From assembly GCF_009914755.1 (NCBI RefSeq), contig NC_060939.1: a stretch of 64,000 nt of DNA; one strand, given 5' to 3'. Position 1 is the stretch's first letter. Every line of letters starts with the position of its first letter. The notes beneath the pieces were generated by a model that saw nothing but the letters and a program-made list of their open reading frames with translations, was not told the DNA's origin and ran no database searches. Made by a program: the position numbers and the translations under genes. Source of the stretch: the human T2T-CHM13v2.0 reference genome, Homo sapiens. This document shows, one piece after another, positions 27,968 through 43,000 of the stretch.

Positions 27968-29094
27968 GCAACCAATCTATAATACCACAAGTCTATATTC
28001 TTTCAATGACTATAATTTTGTAATATATCTTAATATTTGATAGAGCAATTCCTTCTGTTACACTTCTAAATACTTTTTCCATGTTTACTCTACATATGAA
28101 TACCAGAATTATTTAGTCAAGTTCCTAAAACATTATGTCACCGAAATCTTTAAAAATATTGTTGAAATTTTTGGTTAATTTAGGATCAGTTAGATATTGA
28201 TAATGCTGATTCTTATACCAACAAAAAGATATTTCTTTACATTTATTCAAGTTCTTGTTCATGTCCAATTGAGTTACAGCTTTCCTCATATAAATTCTGT
28301 ACATGTCTTAAGTTTATTTCTATGTATTTTGTTGTTACGATTGTAAAAGAGGTTCTTCATTTTATTTTCTAGATGGTTATTGCTGGTATATTAAAAACAT
28401 TCTTTTTTAATATTGACATTCTTATTGGTTTTATAATAAAATCTCTTATGGATTTTCTTTGATTTTCCAGATATATTATCGTACCATTTACATTAATATA
28501 TATTTCATATTAATTTTTAGTTTTATTTTTGCCTTACAGTCTCTGGCAACCTAAATCTCTAGCTTGACCTTTTTGTGCTTTGTTTTTGTTAATGAATCAG
28601 CTTTTTATGTAGAAGACAATCCTGAGTAATCTTTCAAGAAACAGTTTGTGAATATTAAAATTTCTAAGTCCTTAGACATCAAAAAGCATGTTCATTCTTC
28701 ATACACACTTGAACGTTAGTTTGTCTAGTATAGAATTCTAAGTTTACCATTTCTTGCATTACTGATGGAATATCTAATGTTAATCTATTTTGCTTTTTTG
28801 AGGTATAAAAACTCTTTGGGAACTTTTAGAATTTTCTCTTTTGTCTTTAATGTACTGAACTATGATCAAAATATGTGTGGATGTGTGGGTCAATTTAATT
28901 CATTGTTTTATATTCAGTGGACCATTTCAACCTAAAGATGAGTGAATTTTTCATCCACAGAATTTTGTACTGTTTATTCATTGAGCATATTTTTTAAAAA
29001 TTTGAGATCCCTTTATCTTAGTTGTCTTCACCATATAATGTCTAAGTAAACATTAAATGTGAATATTGTATCTAGGGTCTTTGGCAAATTAAAG

Positions 29095-31713
29095 CTTTTT
29101 TTAATCTCCAAATTTTAAGTTCAGGGGTACATGTGCAGGATGTGCAGGTTTGTTACATAGGGAAATGCGTGCCATGGTGGTTTGCTGCACACATCATCCC
29201 ATCACCCAGGTATTAAGCCTGACATCATTAGCTACTCTTCCTGATCCTCTCCCTCCTCCCACCCCCAACCCTCTGACAGGCCCCAGTATGTGTTGTTCCC
29301 CACAATGTGTTCATGTGTTCTCATTTACCTCTCACTTATAAGTGAGAAAATGTGGTATTTGGTTTTCTGTTCTTGCATTAGTTTGCTAAGGTTAATGGCC
29401 TCCAGCTCCATCCATGTCCCGGCCAAGGACATGATCTCATTCCTTTTTGTGTCTACATAGTATTCCATGGTATATATGTACCATATTTTCTTTATCCACT
29501 GCATAATTGATGGGCATGTAGGTTGATTCCATGTCTTTGCTATTGTGAATAGTGTTGCAATAAACATACACATGCGTTGGTTGGGCACAGTGGCTCATGC
29601 CTGTAATCTCAAGACTTTGGGAGGCTGAGGTGGGCAGATCATGAGGTCAGGAGATCGAGACCACCCTGGCTAACACAGTGAAACCCCATCTCTACTAAAA
29701 ATACAAAAAAATTAGCCAGGTGTGGTGGCAGGCGCCTGTAGTCCCAGCTACTTGGGAGGCTGAGGCAAAAGAATGGTGTGAACCCGGGAGGTGGAGCTTG
29801 CAAGATTGTACCACTGCACTTCAGCCTGGGTGACAGCAAGACTCTGTCAAAACAAAAACAAAACCAAAAACAAAACAAACAAAAAAACATACACATGCAT
29901 GTGTCTTTATAACAGAACAATTTATATTCCTTTGAGTATATACCCAGTAATGAGAATGCTCGGTTGAATGGTATTTCTGCCTCTTGGTCTTTAAGGAATT
30001 GCCACACTGTCTTCCACAATGGTTGAACTAACATACGCTCTCACCAACAGTGTAAAAGCATTCCTTTTTCTCCACAAGCTCACCAATACTTGTTTTTTGA
30101 TTTTTTAATAGTAGCTACCCTGACTGGTGTGAGACGGTATCTCAATGTGGTTTTGATTTGCATTTCTCTAATGATTAGTGATACTGAGCTCTTTTTCATA
30201 TGTTTGCTGGCCACAGATATGTCTTCTTTTGAGAATTGTTCATGTCCTTTGCCCACTTTTTAATGGGGTTGTTTCTTGTAAAGTTTTTTTCTTATAAATT
30301 TAAGTTCCTTATAGATGCTGAATATTAGACCTTTGTCAAATGCATAGATTGCAAAAATTTTCTCCCGTTCTCTAGGTTGTCTGTTTACTCTGTTGATAGT
30401 TTCTTTTGCTATGCAGAAGTTATTTAGTTTAATTAGAACGTGTTTGTCAATTTTTGCTTTTGTTTGAAATTGCTTTTAGCATTTTTGTCATGAAATATTT
30501 GCCTGTGCCTATGTCCTGAATGGTATTGCCTAGGTTTTCTTCCAGGGTTTTTTATAGTTTTGGATTTTACATTTAAGTCTTTAATCCATCTCGAGTTGAT
30601 TTTAGTATATGGTTTAAGGAAGAAGTCCAGTTTCCATTTTCTGCATATGGCTAGCCAGTTCTCTCAGCACCATTTATTAAATAAGAAATCCTATCCCCAT
30701 AATCAGGTTTGTCGAATATCAAACAGTTATAGGTGTGTGGTCTTATTTCTGGTTCTCTATTCTGTTCCATCCATCTATGTGTCTGTGTTTGTGCCAGTAC
30801 CATGCTGTTTTGGTTACTGTAGCCTTGTAGTATAGTTTGAAGTCAGGTAGCGTGATGCCTCCAGTTTTGTTCTTTCTGCTTAAGATTACCTTGGCTTTTT
30901 GGGCTCTTTTTTGTTTCCATATGAATTTTAAAATACTTTTTTTTCTAATTCTGTGAAGAATGTCAATGGTAGTTTAATGGAAATAGCATTAAATCTATAA
31001 ACTGCTTGGCCAGTATGGCCATTTTCACAATATTGATTCTTCCTATCCACGAGCATGGAATGTTTTTGCATTTGTTTGTATCATTCCTGATTTCTTTGAA
31101 CAGTGGTTTGTAGTTCTCTTTGAAGAGGTTCTTCACTTTCCTTGTTAGCTGTATTCCTGGGTATTTTATTCTTTTTGTGGCAATTATGAATGACAGTTCA
31201 TTCATGATTTGGCTCTCAGCTTACCTGTTGTTTGTGTATAGGAATGCTGGCAATTTTTGCACAATTGATTTTTTATCCTGAGACTTTGCTGAAGTTGCTT
31301 GTCAACTTAAGAAACTTTTGGGCTGAGATGATGGAGATTTCTAGATATAGGACCATGTCATCTGCAAACAAAAATAGTTTGATTTCCTCTCTTTCTGTTT
31401 GGATACCCTTTATTTCTTTCTCTTGCCTGATTGCCCTGGCCAGAACACTATGGGGCAGAATACTATGTTAATGGTAGTATGTGGTGAAAGAGGGCAACAT
31501 TTTCTTGTTCCAGTTTTCAAGAAGAATGCTTCCAGCTTTTTCCCTTTCATTTTGCCACCATTGGCTGTGGGTTAGTCATAGACGGCTCTTATTATTTTGA
31601 GATATGTTCCTTCAATACCTAGTTTATTGGGAGTTTTTTAACATGAAGGGATGTTGAATTTTATCAAAGATGTTTTCTGCATCTATTGAGATACTCATGT
31701 TGTTTTTGCATTG
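29095..31713 (-). mobile_element. L1PA (L1PA10/11-like) 5'-truncated, interrupted by AluY
   Basis: ttttaagttcaggggtacatgtgcaggatgtgcagg 3' end; minus-strand ORF2p-like peptides in the ORF track (29325-29588, 30963-31205, DAENIFDKIQHPFM). Confidence 0.92.
29579..29884 (+). mobile_element. AluY with a short internal deletion in the right arm
   Basis: gagatcgagacc..cctggctaacac, gaatggtgtgaacccgggaggtggagcttgca; TSD aaacatacacatgc(g/a)t at 29562-29577 and 29885-29900. Confidence 0.93.
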
Positions 31714-31771
31714 ACCATATATTATATTCACATTATATATGTGTATATATCTATACATGTTGAATATATGT

Positions 31772-33150
31772 ATTTTTGTTATATTGAAGTTTAACTCAAA
31801 TACAGTTAAATACATAGATATTAAGTGTAAGTGTAATAAGCTTTGAAAAATGTGTGCTAGCAAGATGTACAAAATTTCTATCACCTAGAAGTTTCCTCAT
31901 GTTTTCTTCCCCCCACAGACAACTTCTGTCTCCAAAATGTACAGCCATACTCTGATTTCTTTCCCCATCAATTAATTTTTCTTATTATAAACTTCTTATA
32001 GATAAAACCATAGATTATATATGTTTTGTAATTGATTTATTTTGCTCAGTATGTTATTTTGGGATTTATCCATATTGTTTCATGTGTCAGTGGTTTATTC
32101 CTTTTCATTGTCAAGTAGTATTCCATTCTATATAACTATTGTTTACATTTGGGAACTTTTATGAATGAAGTTGCTAAGAGTATTCTCACACAAAGATTTT
32201 TATGAAAATATGTCATTAATTCTTACGGGCAAATTGATAAAATTATAGAACTACTGGGTCATAGAGAAGTTTCATTTTTTCAATAAGAAACTAAAAACTA
32301 TTTTCCAAAGTGGCTATACCATTTTACATTATCACCAGACACGTATGAGAGTTCCAGTAGCCCTACATCCTTATCCACATTTGGTGATGTCTTTTTAATT
32401 TTAACTCTATTGTGGGTGTGTGGTAGTAACTCACTGTGGTTTTGTTTTTAATTTTCTTGAAATGTAATAATTTTGAACACTTTTAAATGTACTTATAGAA
32501 TATTTATAAATTTACCTTTGTGATATATCTCTTCAAGTCTATTGTCATTGCATACTGGTTGTGTCTTTGAGTTACTGAGTTGTTGTATTTCTTTATATAA
32601 TCTAAACATTGTTCTCTGTCTCATTTTTTTATTGTAAAGATTTTCTTCCAGTCCATGGTGTGTTTATGCATTTTCAAAATGGTGTTTATAAATGAGCAGA
32701 TTTTTATTTTGATGAAATTCAAATTTTTACGATTAGTGCTTCTTTGTCATATCTTATACATCTTTGCTACTCTAAGATGATGAAAATATATTTTGATATA
32801 TTCTTTTATAAGCTTCATTATTTCAGCTTTTATATTTGTTTATGATCCATCTCAAACTAATTTTGAGTAGAATGTGTAGGACGTTCAGAGGTTTTTTTTT
32901 TTTTTTTAAATAGGAGTATCTAGATAATCCAAATTCATTTGTTGAAAGTATTTTCTTTCCCATTGAAATTCTTTGGCATTTTTGTTGATAAGCAGTTGAC
33001 CACATAAGTATGGGTATATTTCTGAATTCTCTACTCTGTTCTATTGACTTATCAGTCTTTATACCAATACATTATGTCAACATGGTTTTGTAATAAACCT
33101 TGAAATTAGACACTGTGAGTCCTTCAAAATTGTTCTTTATATCAAGAGTT
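31772..33150 (-). mobile_element. old L1M (L1MC/ME-like) 3' portion
   Basis: aagtagtattccatt, ttttccaaagtggctataccattttacatt...gtatgagagttccagt, catttgttgaaagtattttctttccc. Confidence 0.8.
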
Positions 33151-33285
33151 ATATATATGTATACACACACACACACACACATATGGAAGAGCAGGTGGAT
33201 GAGGATATGGAGGAAGAGGGGGAGTTAAGGCAAAGGAAGGAGGAGAAAGGAGGAAGAAAGAGGAGGAAGGGGAAGGAAAAGGAAG
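33149..33285 (+). repeat. (TA)n(CA)n microsatellite followed by a GA-rich polypurine tract
   Basis: tatatatatgtatacacacacacacacacacatat then ggaagag/ggaggaagg repeats. Confidence 0.85.
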
Positions 33286-33566
33286 ATTATTACAGACAAA
33301 AATTCTTCATGAAAATGGATGTAAAATTCCTTAACAAAATTGAAACAAATCTAACCTAGCATATATAAATTATACATTCTAAATGAAAGGCACAGTCAGA
33401 ATGTACTTATTTTGAATCCATGTTTTAGGTATAATTATATCACTAAATGTAGAAGTATTGTGAGCACTTATCATGCATAAGACACTGTCAATTCAAAGAT
33501 AAAATTGCCAATCCATCCTTGAATAACTCACAGCACTTGTTTTTACTTTTGAAAAGACAATACATA

Positions 33567-35077
33567 GGTATATAAATTAAAGACACAGGATAGAGAGCCC
33601 AGAGATTGGCCCACACAAATATAGTCAACTGGTCTTTAACAAAGGATCAAAGGCAATACAATGGAGCATAAATAATCTTTTCAACAAATAGTGCTGTAAC
33701 AACTTGGCATCCAGATACAAAAAAGAAATGAATCTAGACACAGACCTTATATTCTTCACAAATATTTACTCAAAATAGATCATATATTTAAATGTTAAAT
33801 ACAAAACTATAAAACTCCTAGAAGATAACAAGAGAAAATCTAGATGACCTTGGGTTTGGCAATAGCTTTTTAGATACAATATCAAAGACATGATCTATGA
33901 AAAAAATAATTGATCAGTTAGGCGTTATTAAAATTAAGAACTTCTGCTCTGCAAAATACCCTTTCAAGAGAATGAGAAGACAAGCCACAGACCAGGAGAA
34001 AATATTTGCAAAAGACATATATGGTAAAGGACTCTTATCCAAAATATACAAAGAACTTTAAAAACACAACAATAAAATGAACAACCCAATTAAAAAATGG
34101 AATGGGCAAAAGATCTGAACAGACACCTCACCAAAGAAGATACACAGATGGTAAATAAACATATGAAAAGATGCTTAACATAATTGTGAATTAAAACTAC
34201 AATGTGATACGGCTATAACCCTATTAGAATTGCCAAAATTCAATATACTGACAATACCAAATGTTCTTGAAGATGTGTAGCAACAGGAACTCTTACTCAT
34301 TGCTGGTGGGAATGCAAAATTGTATAGCTAAGTTGGAAGAAATTTTGACAGTTTCTTTCAAAACTAAACATATCCTTACCATACGACCCACCAATTGTGC
34401 ACAAAAGAGTTGAAAACATGTCCACACAGAAACCTGCATATGAGTGTTGATAGCAGTTTTATTCATAATTGTCAAAACTTGGAAGCAACCAAGATGTCCT
34501 TCAGTAGGTGAATGGGTAAATAAACTGTGGTACATCCAGACAATGGAATATTATCCAGCACTAAAAAGAAATGAGCCATAAAGCTGTGGAAAAATATGGA
34601 AGCAACTTAAATAAATAAATGCATATTACTACATGAAAGAATCCAATCTGAAAACTTGCTGTGTGATTCCAACTATATGACATTCCAGAAAAGATAAAAC
34701 TATAAAGACAATAAAACAATCAGTGTTGCCAGGAGTTAGGGGTGATAGAGGGATGAACAGACAAAGAGTGGAGGATTTTTAGGGCAACAAAACTATTCTG
34801 TACTTTACTAAATTGGTGATACATGTCATTATATATTTTTTCAAAACCATAGAATGTGCAAAACCAAGTGAACCTTAGTGTATACTATGGACGTGGGTGA
34901 TGCTATATCAATGTAGGTTCATCAATTATAACAAATGTACCACTCTGATATGGGATGTTGATCATGAGGGAGGTTGTGTTTGTATGGGGCAGGTGGTATT
35001 TGTGAATTATCTGTACCTTCTACTCAATTTTACTGTGATTCTAAAATTGGTCTAAAAAATAAAATCTGTGAAAAAAT
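33567..35077 (+). mobile_element. L1MC (L1MC1/2-like) 5'-truncated with preserved 14-bp TSD
   Basis: ORF2 3' part plus 3'UTR ending aatgtaccactctg...ctaaaaaataaaatct; aaagacaatacata (33553-33566) and aaagacaatgcata (35078-35091). Confidence 0.85.
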
Positions 35078-36490
35078 AAAGACAATGCATATTCACTGGC
35101 CATTGAGATAAAAGTACAACCAAGGTATTCCCAATTTAACATGGCATGGAATTATTAATGATAATATGAGCTTATAATTAACACAAGAATGTGTTAATTT
35201 TGTTTGAAAAACAAATTTCTTGATATATATGAAGCAATTAAATGATGACACAAATGATGATACACTTGTAATGAAGTATGTACATTATTTGCTAAATGCT
35301 TTATGAGTTCATAAAAATATGAAATAAATGGGCAGAAAGACTTGTAGCAGCTAAACACTTAGAGAGTATGTGGATAGATAAAGAAAAAGGAGTATCTCAA
35401 GAATTTAGGAGAGAATTATAGTCTCATCTCCAGGCTTTTGACTTATGAATTTAAACAGGTATTGACACCTGTTTTCTATCAAGAGAAAGAAATGGCCCTT
35501 TATTCTCTTGCTTGGCTGTGGTACATTCTGAACCATTTTGCAGACTTCCCTTAATAGAATGTTTATTTATTATTTCCATTTTTAAAAAGAATTTTCTATG
35601 AATTAACTTTAAAATATCTCTAGAAAAATCTCCTAAGATCTGTGCTGAGATTTGCATAAGAAGTCAATCAGTTCTAATTCAGAAGAACTAATGTTTTGAG
35701 TAAATACATGACATACTTAATTATGTTATAATGTTTTATTTCATTATATAGATTCCTACAATTAAGAAGTAAAAAGGAAAATTCAATATATTCTCCCAAT
35801 ATGCAGTTTGGGGATTCTCAGCTGCCAAAACAAAGACTGACTCAATCCCTTGGATCAACCACCATGAAACTTGTTTAATAGGAATTGCTACAGTGTCATG
35901 ATTTGTGGATTTTGAACACCTTCTCACTCAACCTATTTCTTCCTCTGGCTGGAGTAGCTCACGGCAAAATGCCTCATGTTTTATATTCTTTAGGCTTTTT
36001 TTTTTTTTTTTTGGCTCTTGTGTCCTTTATTCCCTCTTTCTCACTTACTTAGGAAACTGGAAAGGGACAAGAAAAAAATGTATCATCATGCTTTCTTTAT
36101 TCTTTAAATCCTATTTCCTTGGCCAGTCTGAGGTGTCAAAAATCAGTTTACACAGAATTGATGTACATCTTCAATGGCGCACTCACATCCTTTCCTTCTT
36201 TAACCATGTTAATATTAGGATTCTTAGGTGAACTGTTCTGGATTCTGATACAGTTAGAAAAGATTTGTGTCCTGCTCAAGGTCTAGAGACTTATATGTCG
36301 GCTTTCAGATTCCTCCTTCATCTTGCTTTAGATTTTATAGCATTTTGCTGATATGTTTCAATTTTGTGGTTTGGGACTGTGGTAGTTCTCTTGTTATTTC
36401 TGTTGTTTTCAGGGGATTTCAAAAAGATGTATAGTGTAAAAATGCTATTACTTCATGTTTAATGATATCTCCAAACTTTCAGTTTATTTT

Positions 36491-36804
<314 letters not shown>

Positions 36805-37089
36805 TGAGCAGTAAAGTCAGCTATGCCAACAGAGATTGCAGCAAATGTTTGAACATTACTTTATTCAGATATTATGCATATTCTATTCTTGTGTGAATGT
36901 TGCATGTGTCCTCATATGCCATTGTTATTTTGTCAATCCTTCTGTTTTCTTATCCTTGAACATAAAGCTTCTCCCACTAGTGTTTTCCTTATTTTATTCT
37001 AATATAAATCAGTACATGCCTCTAAATTTGGAACGTCTCTTGAAAGATCAATAAAGACCAATACTTAGCAATGTAAAAGCAACATTATA

Positions 37090-40000
37090 GGATTCTGGGA
37101 ATATAGTGGAGAAGGAAGAACCAGCAATCTATCTTTCCACTGAGACAACACTTCACTGACAGAATATATCTAATATAAGTAGTTTGGAACTCTTGGGTCT
37201 ATTAAAGGCTTGAAATTTCCATGGTAATGCTTGGACAGTAAATTATAGTTAATTTCAATCAACGTCAGCTATAACAGCTACCCATCCCCTACCTCTATCC
37301 CTATGGCAGCCAGCTGTGCACACATTCCTAAAGCAACCTGCACACAGCTTGTAAGAGCCATGGTCCAGGAGGTGATGGTGAAACAAAAAGGACTCTGTCC
37401 TGCAAATATCAGGGATATGTGCTGTGATCACTGATTGTTGCTTCTGATCACAGAGCTGTAGACAAAGAGAAAGGCAATCATTGTTGCTGCATCTCCTACC
37501 ATTGTTGCAAGCCCCTTCTCTTGCTAAAGTAGATTCCGTAAGATTTAAGGGTTCAGTGTCCTTTCCTTTCTCCTCTTTACTTTTCTTTTTCTCCTTTCGA
37601 GAGACATTAAAGACTAGGATAGTCGAAAGTAGTTGCATCTACTGGAAAACAATAAAAATGACCATGCATACCTAGGGAAAGATGTAGGCTCAGAAAAGTA
37701 CTGAGAAGAACTTATGCTTATACTTCAGGCTTATCCTTGGCACAGAGACAGCCTATAGTTATCAAAACAAAGACAAAAACAAGGAAAAACAAAAACAAAA
37801 GCAAAACCTCACAGCAAACCCTGAGAAACAGGGAGAATTTCCAGAATTATCACATATTTAAATTAAATGTTCAGTTTTCAACAACAACAAAAAATCACAA
37901 GGCATACAAAGCAACTGGAAATTATGGTCCATTAAAAAGAAAGAAAGAAATCAAATGAAACATTCCCTGAAAAAAGACCCGATGGCAAATCTACTAGATA
38001 AAGGCTTTAAAGCTTTTATCTTAAAGGTGCTCAAAGAACTAAAGAAAGATGTGAGTAAAGTCAAGAAAACAATGAATAGGTAAAAGTAAAATATTGATAA
38101 AGAGGTAGAAAAGCTAAAATGAAACCAATAAGAAATTCTGGTGCTCAAAAATATAATAACTGAACTAGAAAATTTACTAGAGGAATTCAAAGGTAGATTT
38201 AAACAGGCAGAAGAAAGAATCAGTTAACTTGAACATAAGACAAGGAAAACTATCACACCTGAGGAATAGAAAGAGAAAAATAAAGAAAAGTGAACAAAGC
38301 CTAAAGGAATTCTGGGACACCATCAAGCTGACCAAAATATACACTGTGGAAGTCCAAGATGGAGAAGAGAAAGAGAAAAGGTCAGAGAGAATATTTGAAG
38401 AAATAATAGCTGAAAATTCCTCAAATTTAATGAAAGACATGAATATAAACATACAGGAATCTCAATGAATTCCAAGTTAGATGAAATCATAGAGACCCAC
38501 ATCAAGACATAATATAATCAAACTTATAAAAGCCAAAGTGAAAGAGAATGTTAAAAGAAGCAAGAGAGAAGTGACTCATTACATACAAGAATCCTCAATA
38601 AGATTATCAGCAGATTTCTCATCAGAAACATTGAAGGTCAGAAAACAGTGAACTAATATACTTAAAGTACAAAAAGAAAAAAGCCCTGTCAACCAAGAAC
38701 ACTACATCTGGCAAACCTGTCTTTCAAATGTGAGGGAGAAATTACGACATTCCCAGATAAACAAAAGCTGAAAGAGTTCATCACCACAGGACCTGCCCTG
38801 AAAGAAATGCTCAAGGGAATCCTGCAGGGTGAAATGAAAAGACACTATGTAGTAACTCAAAGCTGTATGAAAAATTAAAGTTTTCAATAAGGATAAATAC
38901 ATGGGCAAGTATAAAAGCTATTACTATTATAACAATGGTTTGTAATTCTTTTTGTTTTCCTACATGACTTAGGAGACTAATACATTAAAAAAAAATTCTA
39001 AGAGCTAGTATTATTGTAACTTTGGTTTGTAATTCCACATTTTTTTCTACATAATTTAAGAGACTAATGTATTACAAATTATTAGTTCATGTTTTGGGGC
39101 ACATAATATATAAAAATGTAATTTTGTGACAATGACCAAAAGGAGTGGGGATAGAACTGTTAAAGAAGCAGAGATTTTGTATTTTATTGATGTTTATCTT
39201 GCATAAATTCAAATTAGAGTGTTATAACTTTAGGATGTTAAATGTGATCCCCATGGTAACCACACAGAAAATAACTATAGAATATACAAAAAAAGGAAAT
39301 GAGAAAGGAATTTAAGTGTTTACTACAAAAAAATCAACTAAACATAAAAGAAGACAATAAATGCAGAAAATGAGAGACAAAATGCTATAAAACAAATTGC
39401 AAAATGACAGAAGTAACTTCCTCCTTATCAGTAATTTGTTTAAATGTAAATAAATCAATTTCTTTAATGAAAGAATTGACGTTGACAGAAGGGACTAAGA
39501 GAACATACTGTAACTATATGTTGTCTATAGGAGACTCTACAACCAAGGATGCAAATACACTAAAATGGAAAGAATGGAAAGAGATATTCTGTGCAAATCG
39601 TAACCAAAAAAAGAGCAGCATGCTAATATCAGACAAAGTTCATTTTTGTTTTTTGAGACAAGGTCTCTCTCTGTGGCCCAGGCTGGAGGACAGTGGCATG
39701 ATCATAGCTCCTAGGCTTAAATGATCCTGTTTCCTCGGCTTCGTCAGTAACTAGGATTATAGGCTCATACTATCTTGCCTAGCTATTTTTTAAATTTTTT
39801 GTAGAGATGGGTTCTCATTATATTGCCCGGGTTGGTCTCAAACAATTCTCTCATCTCAGCCTCCCAAGATGCTGAGATTACAGGCATAAGTCACAGTGCT
39901 TGGCCTCAAAATAGATTTTAAATAAAAAAGGATTAAAACAGATAAAGAAAGACACCGTATATTAATAAAAGTTTCAATAGAGCAAGGAGATAAAGCAATT

Positions 40001-43000
40001 ATTTACTTTTACACACCTGATAACAGAACATTAAAATATATGAAGAAAAATAGAATTGAAGAAAGAAGTAGACAGCTCTACAAATAGTTGAAGAAATCAG
40101 TACCCTACAATCAATAACAGATAGAAAAACCTGACAAAAGATAAGAAAATAGAGGACTTACACAACACGATAAGCTAATTAAATCTAATGAACATATACA
40201 CAATGCTCTACCAGACAACAACAGCATACATCTTCTCAAATTTGCATGGGACATTTTCCAATATAGACCATATGTTAGACCAAATATTACGTCTGAATAG
40301 ATTGAAAAAGATATATAACATCCAAAATATCTTCTCTGATGACATGGGATGAAGTTGTATATTAATAACAGAAATAAAAATGGACAATTCAAAAATTTGT
40401 GGAAATTAATCAACACACCCTTAAACAACCAATGGATCAAAGAAGATATCACAAGGGAAATGAGAAAATGCTTAGAGATAAATGAAAACAAAAGCACGAC
40501 ACACCAAAACTTATCAGACATAGTGAAAGCAATGGTTAAGAGAAAATATATAGCTATAAATACTTACATTAAAAAACAAAAATATCTCAAGTCAACAACT
40601 TAACTTTATAATTTTTAGAACTAGTAAAAGAAGAACACACTAAACCCATAGCTAGCAGTTGGAAAGAAATGATAATAATTACAGCATAGACAAAAAAAAT
40701 AGAGGATAGGAAATCAGTAGAGAAAGTTAATCAAACCAAAAGTTCAGTCTTTGAAAAGATCAACATTAACAACATGTAGTTAGATTGACTAATAAAAATC
40801 GAAGACTCAAATTATTAAAATCAGAGACGAAAGTGGAGATAATATTACCAATTCTACAGAAATAAGATTATAAGAGAGTACTGTGAACAATTATACACCA
40901 AGAAATTCAATAACCTAAATGAAATAGTCAAATTCCTAGAAATACAAATAAGTTAGCAAGAGATGGAAAATCTCAATAAACCTAAAACTAGTGAGGAGAT
41001 TGAATCTGTAATAAAAAATCTCCTAACCAAGAAAAGCCCTGAACCCAATGGCTTCACTTGTGAATTCTACCAAACATTTAAATAAGAACTAACACCAATA
41101 TTTCTCAAACTTTTTCAAAAAATTGAAGAGCAGGGAATACTTCCTAACTTATTCTATAAGGTGAGCATGATCCTGATACCAAAGCCAGATGAGACTACAA
41201 GAAAAACAAACTATAGACCAAAATTTTTAATTAACATTGACGCAAAATTCTCAACAAAATACTAGCAAGCCAAATTCAGCAGCATATTGAAATAATTATA
41301 CAATATAATTAAGCAGAATTATTCCTGGAATGCAAGGATGGTTCATCATATAAAAATAGATCAATGTAATATACTATATTAACATACTAAAGGGTGAAAA
41401 CATGATCATCTCAGTTGATGAAGAAAAGGCATTTGATAAAGTTCAGCACCATTTAATGATAAAAACACTTAAAAAACTAAGAATAGAAGGAAGCTACCTC
41501 AACATAATAAAAGCCATATGTGAAAAACTCACAGCAATATCATATTCAGCGGTGAAAAAACTTTTCCTGTAAGATAAGGAGCAAGATAAGGATACCCAAT
41601 TTTGCCACTTCTACTCAACATAGTACTGGAAGTTCAGCTAAAGGAATTGGGCTGAATAATAATAATAATAGTATGCATACAAATTGGAAAGGAAGAAGTA
41701 AAATTGTCTCTGTAGATGATACGGTCTTACATATAGAAAATCCTAAAAATTCCACAAAAACTCTGTTGAAATTAATAAATAAATTCAGCAAAGTAGCAAG
41801 ATACAAAGTCAATACATAAAAATCAATTGCATTTCTGTACACTTAACAATAAACACTCTGAAAAGGAAATTACAAAAACAATTTCATTTACAATAGCATC
41901 AAAAATAATAAAATACTTAGGAATTAGACAAGGAAGTGAAAGACTTGTACACTGAAAAGTATGAAACATTGCTAAAATAAAGAATAAAATAAATGAAAAT
42001 GCATCTCAAGTTAGTGGATTGGAAGACTTAACATTGTTGAGATAAAAATACTACTCAAATCAATCCATCAATTCAATGCAATCCCCATCAAAATTCCAAT
42101 GACTTTTTTTGCAGAAATAAAATAATCTTAAAAATCATACAAATTCTTAAGAAACCAAAATTGCCAAAACAATCTTGAAACAGGACATAATTGGAGAACT
42201 CACAATTTCTGACTTCAAGCTTACTACCCAGCCACAGTAATCAAAACAGTGTGGCAGTGGTATAGGAACAATTATAGCCCCATGAAATAGAATGTAAAGA
42301 CCAGAAATAAACTTTTGTATGGTCAAATGATTTTTGACAAGAGTGTCAAGTTCATTCAATGGGTAGCAGACAGGCAGTCTTTTTAACAATGATGCTGGAA
42401 AACTGGATATCCACATGCAAAAGAATGAAGTTGGACCATTACCTAATACCATATAAAAATTCACTTAAATTGGTTCAAAGACCTAGATGTAAGACCTAAA
42501 ACTATAAAACTTTTACAAGAAAACAGGTCAAAAACTTCAGGGTGTTAAATCTGGTAGTAATTTATTTAATATGACAGCAAAGCATAGGCAACAAGAGAAA
42601 AAACAGACAAATTGGACTTCACGAAAATTGTAAAAATTCCTGCATTGAGATGATATCGATAAAGTATAAAGGCAAACATAAAATGAGAAACAAAATTTGC
42701 AAATCATATATCTGATAAGGAATTAAAATCTATAGTATAGAGAGAACTCCTAAAACATAACAACAAAATAAACAACCAGATTTAAAAATGGACAGAGAAC
42801 TTGAATAAACATTTCTTCAAAGAAGATATACAAATGGCCAATACACACATAAAAATGTTCAAAATCTGTAATCATAAAAGAAATGCAAATAAAAACTATA
42901 ATGAGATACTGCTTCACAACCATTACAACGGCTACCTTCAAAAACTATAGAAAATAACAAGCGTTGATTAGCATGTGGAAAAACTGAAACCCCTGTGCAT

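Larger units (their letters stand above)
25700..29000 (-). mobile_element. very old L1M (L1ME-like) antisense fragments, interrupted by MaLR LTRs
   Basis: scattered antisense L1 motifs: tatttaaccactctcaactgatgaac, gatatttctttacatttattcaagttc, tagtttgtctagtatagaattcta. Confidence 0.55.

Noticed and set aside
35176-35199. 10-bp inverted repeat aattaacaca-agaa-tgtgttaatt
   Set aside because: Short AT-rich hairpin expected by chance in 64 kb; prokaryotic terminator logic does not apply
37255-37638. 127-aa minus-strand ORF
   Set aside because: Lies in the decayed 5'UTR of the L1MB element; no recognisable protein
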